Below are positions 25,383 to 37,423 of a stretch of 64,000 nt of DNA, in pieces (position 1 is the stretch's first letter; the number at the start of each line of letters is the position of its first letter). The DNA is taken from assembly GCF_000497125.1 (NCBI RefSeq), contig NC_090598.1, positions 186,001 through 250,000 of the forward strand, written 5' to 3'. The translations under genes and the position numbers were made by a program. Below the pieces are notes generated by a model. The model worked only from the letters and a program-made list of their open reading frames with translations, did not search any database and was not told the origin of the DNA. Origin of the DNA: Spironucleus salmonicida (lineage: Eukaryota).

Positions 25383-26240
25383 ATGACTGCAAACTAGGAA
25401 TTACCTATTTAAGAATCAGTAGAAGTATAATAACCAATTGAGGCTGAAATTTTGACGAAAACTGTTGAACATTAAACGTTTGAAGAACAAAGCTCGTCTC
25501 CATAGCAAATATTGGTTGAGTCTTCTGGTTCAGTGTCAACACCTATTAAGTAGCGCAAATAAGAAGCTTTTGATACTTTGCGCAAGAAAATTGAATTAGA
25601 ATAAAGATTAAGATTTTTGGAATAGTAGTAAAGATAGTAAGAAGATCATTAGAAATCTGTTAAGATTCGTTGTGAAAAAATGACTGCAATTTAGGAGCAA
25701 AAGTTTTTCTAAACCCAGGAGATTTAGCGACTTAGGTAGAATTAGTAGATGGAATTGACTGATAAAAAAAGAAAAATAAAGGAAACATAAGAGGTAATGA
25801 AATAAGGTTAATAAAACTCAGCCATGAATACTTTAGTTAAGAAACATATCACTGCAACAATGACTAAAAAAGAAACGCAAGACTTGCTATTAAAATAATA
25901 AACAAAAATTTAGCACGAGTAAAGTAAACTTAAAAAGGTTCACGATGAGCATTATATGTTTGATAAATCTATAAAAGAAAGAAAGGCAAAAATAGAAGTA
26001 AATCGTAACAAGCGAATTTAATAACTTAGTGATGCCGAAGTAAAGAATATGGAGAAGGTCAAGTAACAAGCTGAGAAAGAAATGGAAATGATGAAAAAGA
26101 AGGAGCAAATTTTGTTATTAAAACTAGGAAAATTCCAATAAGAAGATAACCATATTGATGAAGAACTTTAGGAGTAAGATTAATAAAATTAGTAATAAGC
26201 TGAGGATTAACCTTAAACTTAAGAAATTATTTAAGAATGA
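25383..26240 (+). CDS. Coiled-coil hypothetical protein (285 aa)
   Basis: E/K/Q-rich open frame to TGA. Confidence 0.7.
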
Positions 26241-26342
26241 AAGATATTATATTTTATAGGCCTTTATTTTTCTATACCTTACCTATTTTTATATTTTTGT
26301 ATTATTATAAGTGCTCCCTAAAACTATTTTTCTTTCCCTTAA

Positions 26343-28511
26343 ATGTCAAAGAAGACTGCATTTGATAAAACTAGAGAAGTATTGGCTTTGCCTGAACGCG
26401 AGTATACATTGGCAATACAATCATCTTTCAATATAGTAGTCAAGAAGGCACATCCTTCATTCTACACTCGTGCTAGCAATTTTATATCTAATCACAATCT
26501 TAATTTAAAGTAAACTGAGGCTATGATCTCAGCTCTTATTGAAAATGATAAAATAGAAGATGATTAATTAATGGTGAGATCTGGTGTCGGCGTTGTTATT
26601 ACAAAAGAATAACTTGAACAAGGATTAGCTGATATTTTAACACCTGAACTTGAAAAGTTTAGAGCCCTTTCATAGATTTCATAGAAATTCCCCTTTGCTG
26701 ACGGTATCTTACTCAAGTCTGTTGTTGAATAAGCTTTTGAAGGTCGTATTGTGCAGAAAAAGATTGTTGAGAAATAAGACAAGCCTAAAGATGCTAAAAA
26801 GGCTGCAGTACCTACAGGTATGACATTAGAACCATTAGATGTTGTTTACAGTATAATACCTCAAAAAAATAGATATGAGTAGTTGCCTGCAGAATAGCAG
26901 AAGCATGAATAATTCTTAAAAAGTTTAGGAGTTAATCTTTTAATGAGATTTCCACCTGAACCAAATGGTTATTTACATATTGGTCATGCTAAATCTATGT
27001 TTATTAACTTTGGATATGCTAAATTAAATGGAGGTTTAACGTATCTTAGATTGGATGATACTAATCCTGAAACAGAATGTGATGAATACGTTAAATCTAT
27101 TATGGAGACGGTCAGCTGGTTAGGTAATACTCCTTTCTAAGTCACTCATGCATCTGACCACTTTTAGCGTCTTTATGATATAGCGGAAGATTTAATCAAA
27201 AAGGGCCATTGCTATATCGATGATCAAAAGGCCGAAGAAATTTCTGATTTCAGGGAGCGCCGTATTGATCCACCGAATAGAAACCGTCCAGCAATGGAGT
27301 CATTATCTCTCTTCAGAATGATGCGTGCCGGTGTTTTCCCGGAAGGATCTCTAACTCTCCGTATGAAAATGAATATGCAATCAGATAATCCAAATATGAG
27401 AGACCCTATTGCTTATAGAATCAAGTATCATGCGCACTAAATGTCAGGAGATTCTTGGTGTATTTACCCATCTTATGATTATACACACTGTCTTTGTGAC
27501 GCCTTTGAGAATATTACCCATTCAATTTGCACAATCGAATTCAATATTCGTAGAGAGTCATATGATTGGCTTACACATATTGTTGGTGGATATAGACCTA
27601 TGCAATGGGAATTTTCTCGCTTAAATATCACCTACACTGTTATGTCTAAGCGCCGTCTTTTAATATTAGTAAAAGATAATTTGGTATCTGGATGGTCTGA
27701 TCCACGTATGCCAACTCTTGTAGGTCTTCGTAGACGTGGATTCACTCCTACCATTATTAATACTTTCTGTCAGGCAATAGGTGTTTCGCGCAACCCTCAA
27801 ACTATTGAATACTCTCTTTTAGAGCATGTTGCTAGATAAGAATTTGAACGTGAAGCAGATCGTGCTATGGCCGTAGTTGATCCTATAAGAGTTGAAATAA
27901 TTGATTGGGTCGAAAAATCTATTGACTATCCTTTGCACCCAGCACTTACTGAAAGAGGTATTGAAAAGATCAAATTGTCAAAGGTTATTTTCATTGAAAG
28001 AGTAGACTTTAGCGAAACTTAGGCTGCTTAAGGGTTTTACGGATTTGCACCTGACCAGCCTTGTGCACTAAGATACGGCCCTAATTTATATATGAAGGAA
28101 ATTGTTAAAGGTAAAAATGGCTAGATATCTGTAAAAGCTAGCTTTTCTGAAGACGTTGAAGCTACTAAATAACTCATGAGAGATATGAAACTTAAGAAGA
28201 AAACACTACCTAGACTGCATTGGATATCTGAAAATGACAGTAGAGTTGCGGAGGTTCGTTTATATGATGTTTTATTCAAAAGTAAAGATCCTATGGCGGT
28301 TGAAGATTGGTTATCTGATATAAATCCTAAATCTATAGTTATTTAGGCTAATGCAAGAGTGCCTAGATATGTTGCAGACTCTTGTAAGGATGGTAAAAGC
28401 TACAAGCATTATTAGTTCGAAAGGTAGGGGTTCTTTGTAGTTGATGAAGAATCGACTAATAAAAAACCTATTCTCAATCTGACTGTTGCTTTGAAGAAAG
28501 ATTATGAATGA
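26343..28511 (+). CDS. QARS: Glutaminyl-tRNA synthetase
   Basis: [68 protein letters not shown]. Confidence 0.96.
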
Positions 28512-28558
28512 TCATTTTTATCTATATTATATACAATATAATAATTTATATTATTGAA

Positions 28559-30880
28559 ATGAAAGCACCATTAATTATTGGAGTTTTTGAGAATGAGAAT
28601 TAATTAAATATAGTTAAAGAAGAAATTAATTAATATTTTCAGTTTATAGTGCATAAAACGGTATATGATAGTTCTTAATGGATTCTGTCTTGCTATTTCT
28701 TTTCTCAGTCAATTGATCTTTAATCTTTACGAAAAAACTTTAATACAATTATTATTAATCCAAAAGGCATAACTAAATATCCAAAATATATAACTAAATA
28801 GTAATTTACAATATGCTTTTTCCATGAATAGGAAATTAACAAAATTTAATAAGAGTATAAAGAATAGTAGAATTCTAAACACATAATAACATTTGGATTA
28901 GTTGGTCCACAATTAATATTTACTTTTATTAGTCAGGTGGATGTTGAGTTATTTATTAGTTACCTTAAATAATTTGAGAATCTTGTTAGATATAATTAAA
29001 TACAAGATGAAGAAAAATATTATGTATCTATGATATACTGCTAAGATATAATAACGTTAGGTGAAATTAAGTAGGATTTTGCTGGGAAATGTTATTATTC
29101 TAAGGAAAACTTATAAAAGGAGCCATTTTTCTTATGTTTTGATATATTTAGGGCTTTAAGTTTCACTATCAATGATAATACTGAAATTATTAAGTAAAAT
29201 AAAATATAAAAATAAAATCTACAAAATCTACAGAACGGTAAACGGACTGGACGAATACTTTTTAAATTATCCGATAAATAATTAGGTATGGCAATTTATT
29301 ATGACTTGTGCCTGTTGTATCGAAAAAATATCATGGAAATAAAGTATTTATGGAAAAATGAATAATTCTATATAGCAGGGTATTTTAATCCTAGTGTTAA
29401 TATCAATGCAATGTATTATACTTTAAAAATACCGGTTAATCGATATTGTCATACAAATTTTGATATACGTAAACCACCATCATTTATCGACGAAGGTATA
29501 TTCTATAGTATGCTTTTTGAGGAAGATATTTGTTAAAAAATTCTAAATTATCAACCAAAATTATCTTAAAATACTATTTTGCCAAAAATCATTATAATGA
29601 ATTTAACTATTATATAGCATGACTAATTATCTTATATTCTATAAAGCTTATTTGCTGATAGACTGTAATTAACTGCAGTTACCTCATAATTTGGTGCCTG
29701 TTATATTGGTATTTTATTTATAGAAAAATATTTACCTGGCAAAAGAGCTGTAGATTTTTTAAAGGATTATGGGTGTGAGTTTTGTTAACAAAAAGGAGAA
29801 GGGTTTAAACCAAGAGCATAGTTTCTTATAAATAAACTCATGTTTTCGCAATAAAATCTTCTGTTATTAGAAGCTAATGTTTCTTCAAAATATGAACCTA
29901 AAATTATAGAAAATTCGGTAAATATAGACAAACTTACTATTAAACCAGCTATTTTTGATAATCAGAAAACAATTATAATAATAGATTTTGAAGCTTATCT
30001 GTACCGAAACGATATATTTATAGCATCTGAATTTGCAGCAGTTTTTGTAGAAGATAATAAAATTATTAACACTTTCCATTCCTTGATTTCTCCATCACAG
30101 TAACAATTAGAAATTCTAGCTGATCCAAGACATCAGCAAATCATAAAAAATACAACATCATTGACTGCACTAAATCATACAAATGTTTAAGGTAACACAT
30201 TAAACCAAATTATCGAATAATTCACCATATTAACATAACAGTATCCGAGTTTTATTTTAACAGCAAAAGCACCTTAGTTGGAAATACAAATTTTACATAG
30301 TATAAATTCACCATTTTAGTATAAAGTAACCGATTTTCTGACACTTCGTCCATCCTTAACGTTTAAATCAGCGCATTCACTGAATAGAGAAAAATTTTAT
30401 TGTAACACACATACGAAGGGTAGATAGATAGGTTTGTATGGATAGGCTGTTCATTGTGCATTGGATGATTGTGTATACCTCTCTAAACTTCTTATTAATG
30501 AGCCTGTCGCTGAAACTAATTTTTTCGGAGAGTTTTAAAATAATTTTATTATTTCCAATAATTTACAAGTCTAAAAAAGCTTTACAACGAAATGGCCAGA
30601 ATTAATTGCCCCAAAATTCGTATTCTCATGCGAAAATAATGAGGATTTAACTATAATATTATCAGATTTTTAAATAATTTTTGATGCCAGGTACCTCATA
30701 AAGAAAGTAGAACAGTAAGACTAGCTGCTATGCTCTATGTTGTTTGTGTAGTCTGACGTACCACTTTACTGCTGCAAGCTTTTTAAATAAGGAGTAGAGA
30801 CTAGATTTTTCAATGGAATCGAGAATATTCCATAAGAGCTTATGTTCACAGAGCATGAGTTTTAGTAGATTTATCAATGA
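28559..30880 (+). CDS. 773-aa protein with a DEDDh/Maelstrom-like nuclease domain in its C-terminal half
   Basis: IIIDFEA (ExoI), IASEFAAVFVE..FHSLISP, AKAPQLE, YCNTH...HCALDDC. Confidence 0.72.
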
Positions 30881-30904
30881 TTTATATGAATTTTCACTTC
30901 TACA

Positions 30905-31651
30905 TCAATCAAACACGTTCCGTCCAGCACTAAGAGTGCACTACATTTTATTCAAAATAGCATCTAGGCTAGTAACAAGCTTCGTTTCGTGAAGAATTCT
31001 CTCCTGTTGATTATTATTAATTTGGATTTCAGCTTCTCTCCGAGATTCAGATATTCTGGTTTTAAGCTCGCTTAGATCTTTGAGTCTGCTTACAAAAAGT
31101 GAATCAATCTCCTTTTTCATATCTTAAACAGAATCATCTCCCTCTTTCCGCCGAGTTTCTAACTACTTCAATATCTTCTAATTCTGTTTTATGAAATCTA
31201 TCGTCAACTCCTCGCTTTTGGCTATGTCTTCTGCTTCAATTTCTTTCAAAATATTAAGTAAATTTTCAATTTTTTCTTACGTTTAGGACTTAAAGACCTC
31301 AATTGCGGCGGATCTATTTTCTTACTCAGCTATAATACGCTTTGAAACATCGTTCGCACGAGTTTTTAATTAATTAAGTTTGTCCTACTAAAAAGTAGAA
31401 ATACTTTGGAGCTTTAACTTGTGTTATTCAAATAAGATAGTAAACTACTAGGTAAAGTCAAGTTATGTATCGTGCAATATTGTATATCGGTTTGCTGTTT
31501 AGTTTCTAATTTTTAAGTCAATTTCCTAAACTTAGCTTTGGAAACTTGTTAGACGAGATTTTAATTAGGTTATTTAAATATTATAATTACTATCAAATGC
31601 CTCATTGGCATTTTTTATTGTTTGCTTGAGGTTTTGAAGTTTAATAGACAT
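30905..31651 (-). CDS. Coiled-coil protein, possibly SF-assemblin/beta-giardin family (248 aa)
   Basis: Continuous heptad pattern; C-terminal QERILHETKLVTSLDAILNKMQCTL resembles SF-assemblin ends. Confidence 0.5.
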
Positions 31652-31730
31652 TTTGCAAATATATAATAATCCTTTAATAATATATAATAATATTTAACAT
31701 TCAAAAAGAACAGTTGGTAAAAGTAATTAG

Positions 31731-31946
31731 TCATTCAAAATATGATTATTAATTAATATCGTAATTCCATTTTTAAAGCACTTCCAAGCTAAATTTTAGA
31801 TCTGAAATATCAGTAGTTATTATTGGTATACTTTCTTGAGTTTCTCGAGTATTAGGTTATTGCTTCAACTCTATTATTTTTAAATCAATTAATTTAGTAC
31901 TTATCTGACGTTTTATATTATTTATTTGTAATTATTTTAAATCCAT
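31731..31946 (-). CDS. Small hypothetical protein (71 aa)
   Basis: ATG-TGA frame between AT-rich spacers. Confidence 0.4.
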
Positions 31947-32052
31947 TTATTTGATTTATTTTATTATATAGGATGTTATATTCATTTATGTTTAAACAAG
32001 AAATACTAAATAAAATTTATTATTTTTAAGTTATTTTTAGAATATTTAGAAA

Positions 32053-33072
32053 ATGGGTTGCGGATCTGGAAAAAAAGGACAATCGGAAATTATTCAAGCA
32101 GAGCCCACAGAAGCTGAACTTTATCCATAAAAGTTTATCGAAGATGTTCCATTGCCAGAATAAGAGCTTGAGGATGAAGAAGAATAAACAGAATTAAAAG
32201 TAACGGAGATATATTTTCGAAGAAAAACAGAAGATATTGCCGTTATTGCATTAGAAAATGTTAAACAACATCTGTATCCATTAGCAATTATGAAAATTAA
32301 TTTAGATGGTAGTTGGTATTCTTCTCATATTTTATCATATTCACCAAATTCAGTTAGAATATTATTACAAAGATAGCTCACACCGGATGTTTTACTTATT
32401 GCAAAGATAAATGATATTGTTTAGATAGAAATTATCAGACATAAAAATCCAATCAATTTACCCATTTCGGGTGTTTGTGTTATAGGCCATGGGTTAGCGT
32501 TACCACTTTTAATTTAAATTCAAAAAATTTATAAGTTAAAACCAGATTGTTGTGATTTTGTTATGTTGTCTCATAAGGCAGATGACTTAATATTTAAAAG
32601 TTCACTTAAAGAAATATTAACACCAAAAAGTGTTGAATTATAAGTCACAAATGCATGTTTGGATAATATATTAGAATATTTTAGGAAGCAAATCTTGAAA
32701 AAGAAGCACAGTGTGGTACTTGCCTTAGGCCCTCCTTGGCTTTTATATTTACTAAAACGATTATCAAAAGAGAATTAATTGAGTCATATTTAATTTTATG
32801 GGTTGTAAAACTTATATGGATCTACAAAAATGTCCGAACTTAGTTCAGAATGGGCAGACTTGCGGGTTAATAATTTGTATAATGTTGTAAAATTTGATCG
32901 GGACGAAGATGAATACGAATAGTTAGTTGAAAATTACATTCTTACATAATGGAAAGACTCTGTCGAACAAGAGTAATAAGTGGTTGACAAGATTTTATAA
33001 GAAAACATAGAGAAAAAAGATGATTCAATAATAGAACAAGAAGATTCAATATAATTTTTGTAATTAGAATGA
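32053..33072 (+). CDS. Putatively N-acylated (MGCGSGK) protein with degenerate ferredoxin-reductase/cytochrome b5 reductase-like fold
   Basis: VCVIGHGLALPLL and VVLALGPPW echo the IAGGTGITP and CGPP motifs. Confidence 0.55.
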
Positions 33073-33102
33073 TTATCGTTATATATTTATTCCACTCCTT
33101 TA

Positions 33103-34497
33103 ATGTAAGTCTAATCTTTATAGTTATTTGAATAATTTAAATTAGCTATCTACAAGCTCACATCAAACAATAAAAAGGCTACTAGAGCTCATTAGATATT
33201 ACCTAGATACCGGCGTAGAAGATAGATGTCTTATAATTTTCATAGACTTCCTTAATTTCTTAGACCAAGGGCGCTAACAGAAACTAAGTCTGATTCTTTA
33301 ATCTATAAAACAAATGCACCAAAAATGACTAGAAAACATCGCAGGGCTACACTCAAAGACCGGCTTCATGTTTATTTAGCAAAACGAATGAAATTCTATC
33401 ATTGCTTCCCTTTCCGAAATACGTAGAAGGTACTTAGAAGAGCTTGTTAATAAGCACTTATTCCTAGAACTGATGGTTATATTTTACTAGAAATTGACGG
33501 TGAAATTCTGACGTATGGTACCTAACTGCTTAATAATAGTATCCCTGTTGAAATTTACAATTTAGGTAGCATCAAACTTTTATTAACTTATGAATTATAT
33601 GAATAATAAACCTTATAGATACTATAGTCTCTCTAAATTTAATCAAAGCCATCAGATTTAGTCAATATCCTTTTATATGGTGAGACTGTAAACATCTTAA
33701 ACGAAGTAATTAAGTCATAAACACACCCGTCAGACAATATTTTTAATCACACTGACGAGCTGTAATTCGCGGAGAATATCATTCCAATATAAGAAATTTT
33801 CGCTAAAGCCCCAATTTTGTAGTAACTTCCTCCAGATATTTAATCGGAGGTTAACTATCTTAAAAATCTTTAATTCCACAATTCAATTGATTTAAAGTTC
33901 ATACGTACCGTAAAACACAAAAAAATATATCCAAATCCTCTAACTCTACGAAAAATTGAATCAACAAAATCTCATTTCGAAATAGCAGTTCATTTCAATG
34001 CTACATTTGCATCATTATTTTTATCTAAGGAAAATGCTTTATAATTTATCAGAAAAACAACTAGAATTGGAATTCCGCTTGCAGGTGTGCTAGAACGCCG
34101 CTTTTTACAGTTTGAGACATAATTTCTCGATCTGTAGTAATTTGTTACATTTAATGGCGTATAGTTACGTAAAATTTGTAATAAAGAGCTAGGAATAGGA
34201 CCGAAGAAGTAGTTTCATCCCAGTTAGAAAAAACATATTTAGTAAGTTTATTTTGAAAAATTTCTAATTACAGATAGCTGTGATTGGGAAATATAGAAGA
34301 AGAAACTTGATACTAAATATAAAGCAGAAAAACCAGAAATTGAGACAAATTTATCGTCTATTGAACCATTTTTTGGTGTTTTAAACTATGGATTTTCTGA
34401 TGATAAATGTGGATTTATAGATAAAGCATACAGATTGTCCGCTGGTCGGGAGAGCTTTATAGGGAATGGAAAGCCTAAATTGGGAATGATTATATGA
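33103..34497 (+). CDS. POP1: RNase P/MRP subunit POP1
   Basis: HQILPRYRRRRQMSYNFHRLPQFLR and RLHVYLAKRM match the POP1 N-terminal motifs (LPRHMRRRAMSHN..RLP; HAKRF). Confidence 0.85.
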
Positions 34498-37359
34498 TCA
34501 GTCACTCATCAAAATTTCGCTCACAAGTGTGCCGAGACCGAGTCGTTTCCGTTATAAAATTACCCAGATTGCTCTTAGCATAACTAAAAATAACCAAGAT
34601 AGACTTAGACCGAGCGCTGAGTTATTTGAAATTTACACTATAAGTGCAGAAAATGAAGCAGAAAAAAGACAGTCCATGAACCATCTGCTATAATAGAAGC
34701 TAGAAGCCAACCAGCTGGCACCACCGAATCCACCTGGTAGTCTTGCACCTGAATTATTTCCCCGTGGTGAAATATTACGAGTTGGATCACTTAGAACTAA
34801 CAGTGCATTCGCTTTTGAGGAAAAATTAATATCAAATAGTCTTTAGAATTTAGGAACATATCTAATAGGTTAATGACTAATAAGTTAGAGCGCTTATAGA
34901 GCTAGTTATTCAATTTCAATTAAATTGTCTCCTTTTTATTTAGAAAAGTATGGAATTTCCAGAGTCAGAAGTCGATTTTCAATCGAAGCTGATGTATCCA
35001 CAGATTAGTCCCCAACTGGTCCAGACACTGATTATTCTTTAACTAGTTACTTACCACAAGCTTCAGATAAAGTATATAGTTCAGGACAATCTACGGAAAA
35101 ATATACTCTGAACGATTGTGCAGAACCTCCATGAATACCTCTTCTAGGAGCTAAGCCTCTAGCCTCCCTTTACAATCCATCGATTATACTATAGCAATCC
35201 CCATCTGTATCCCCGAATGGCGATCTACCATATAATAAAATGGCTGAAGAGTCAGTATCAAATACAAACACAGAGCAATTAGCTACTGGCAACATATCAA
35301 TGAATTTATCATAGGGTGATCCAGTGCAACATCTATATATTCCTATGATTAAGCTGACAAAAATGAACGAAAAAAATACTACAAAAGCTGTAATAGTGGA
35401 ATTCAATGTTAAATTCAAGTTATGGGGTGAATTAATTGGAGTTGATGTAAATGCACCAAAATATTGGAAATCAAGACCATACAGAATAAAAAAGCTAAGT
35501 AAAAATATTAACGTGTAATCAAAAAAGTGGTATCTTATTAATTTTTAAATAGCATTTGAAACAAATAGTTTTCTATAACAAGCCGGTCCTCCGTGATCTA
35601 GTATAACAAATTTTGATTTATGACTAAATAAAACTATAAACAACGATGGTATAAATATAAAAATACCAGATACTAGGCATTCAATGCCAACAAATTCTAA
35701 AGAAGATTCAGGGCCAGATAATATATTGATAGGACTGTTGAAGTAAATGCATTAAAATATAATAATATCAATAAGCATTCCAAAGCCTACACCAAAAACC
35801 ATCATAAAAAATATATATAACAAAACTATAGCTCCATTTTTAGATCCATTAAATGGGTTTTTGCCTAATCCTGATAGTTTTTTTGATTAAGAAAAACTAT
35901 ATATTAATGAGCTAAACCACCCTATAATAAGAATAAATATAGACCTATAACTGAATTATTATACATTATTAGAAGAATAATTTATAATCAAACTAAAATC
36001 TATGAAGTTTGACTATCGGCTAAAATTTTTATTCAAATTTGACTACGTTAATTTAGTTATAACTCGATTCAAAAGAGGCCCATCTACTATATTTTAATCA
36101 ATGGTATTGTAATTAATATCAATCTAAGGATAAAATGATTGATTATTTTTATTACCATTTATAGTAAAAATTATCTAATTAGCAAATAAATTTTCAAAAA
36201 ACAATGGAAATGATAGTGTTTGAGTCAATTATGAATTAACAACTAGTCTGGTAGATGTATCATTTGTATTTCCAGTATATAACTATACAAATATTGGTGC
36301 ATTTTATTAAGTGATCTTTAAAAGTGAAAATACACCAATTCTGCAAATTTTTTAATAATTATTACCAAACATTAATGCTGGTGACTCCTTATTTTAAGTT
36401 TAAATTTTGGGCTATGAAAATCTTTTAATCATTTATGTGCTTTAATGCATTAAAGTTCTAGATATATAGCCAAAATTAAGTCTTCTATCACGTTAAGTTA
36501 CATCTGCATAACGTCTGATTTTCTATATTAATGGATTAATACCAGATTCTAATATATTACACATGTCTAGTGTTTCTATGTCAAATTTTGTCTTCAATAA
36601 AACTGTACCATATAAATCAGTAAAAACTGCTGTGATATTCATAATATTCATCCACCCTATTTAATCAACACCATTATATGGGAAATAAGGATTTTTAAGA
36701 ACTGTTGGCATAAAATTAGGATGTTATAAAATTTATTCTGATCTAGATATACTAGGAACAACGTCTATAAATTAGGTAGAGTCAAACCCAGCTGCTTATT
36801 AAACAAATTAACAATATTACACAGACTCTTAAAAAGGTAGACTACAAAAATTCCAAAGGCTATCACATGCTTATATGCTGCCTTTTGTCTAGCAAAGTTA
36901 ATTCGCTTCTGCTATATGCAATGAATAAGTGTTAGATCCATTTACTAAGTTAATTCCTGGAGGTGTGACAACTACACATTACTATAGTGTTTATGAATAA
37001 ACTAGTGGTAGTGTACATGGAGCTTTTTATGCTTTTTAAACCTCTACAGCAGGTGTATATTATAATATACCACAGGTAGCCATCGGAGTAAACACTACTG
37101 ACTCACCATCTTAGCATTTAGATTACAATACTCCTGGCCCTACACAATCTCCTGAAAATGGTTAATTTGTGGTACATGTAGCACCAGCTGGACAAGTAAA
37201 TGAATTTTAATCAAACATAATTTAATTTTCACATCCACATTGTAATTAAGGGGAAATTGTTGTAGCTTAAACAGATGTTTAAGGACATTGAATGCAGTTT
37301 CCTGCAGAAATAGAAAAAAAGAAAGTAGGCGCACATGCAGATAGGGTAAGTATAAACAT
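34498..37359 (-). CDS. TMEM67: Meckelin (TMEM67/MKS3) homologue, 953 aa
   Basis: Cys-rich N-terminus, multiple TMs, and KFIDMLPVANCSVFVF...LLYGRSPFGDTD...LQREARGLAPRRGI matching meckelin FVDLCSMSNISVF...IHGRSVHGHAD...LKREAENLCSQRGL. Confidence 0.88.
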
Positions 37360-37423
37360 TTTGGAAGTGAGAATTTTAAATCTTATATTATATTATAAGT
37401 ATGAAGATATATTTGCGGTAAAA

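Noticed and set aside
18929-28511. Apparent pseudogenes (CK1, NadE, GlnRS broken by TAA/TAG)
   Set aside because: The stops are Gln codons; frames are intact to TGA with catalytic motifs preserved.
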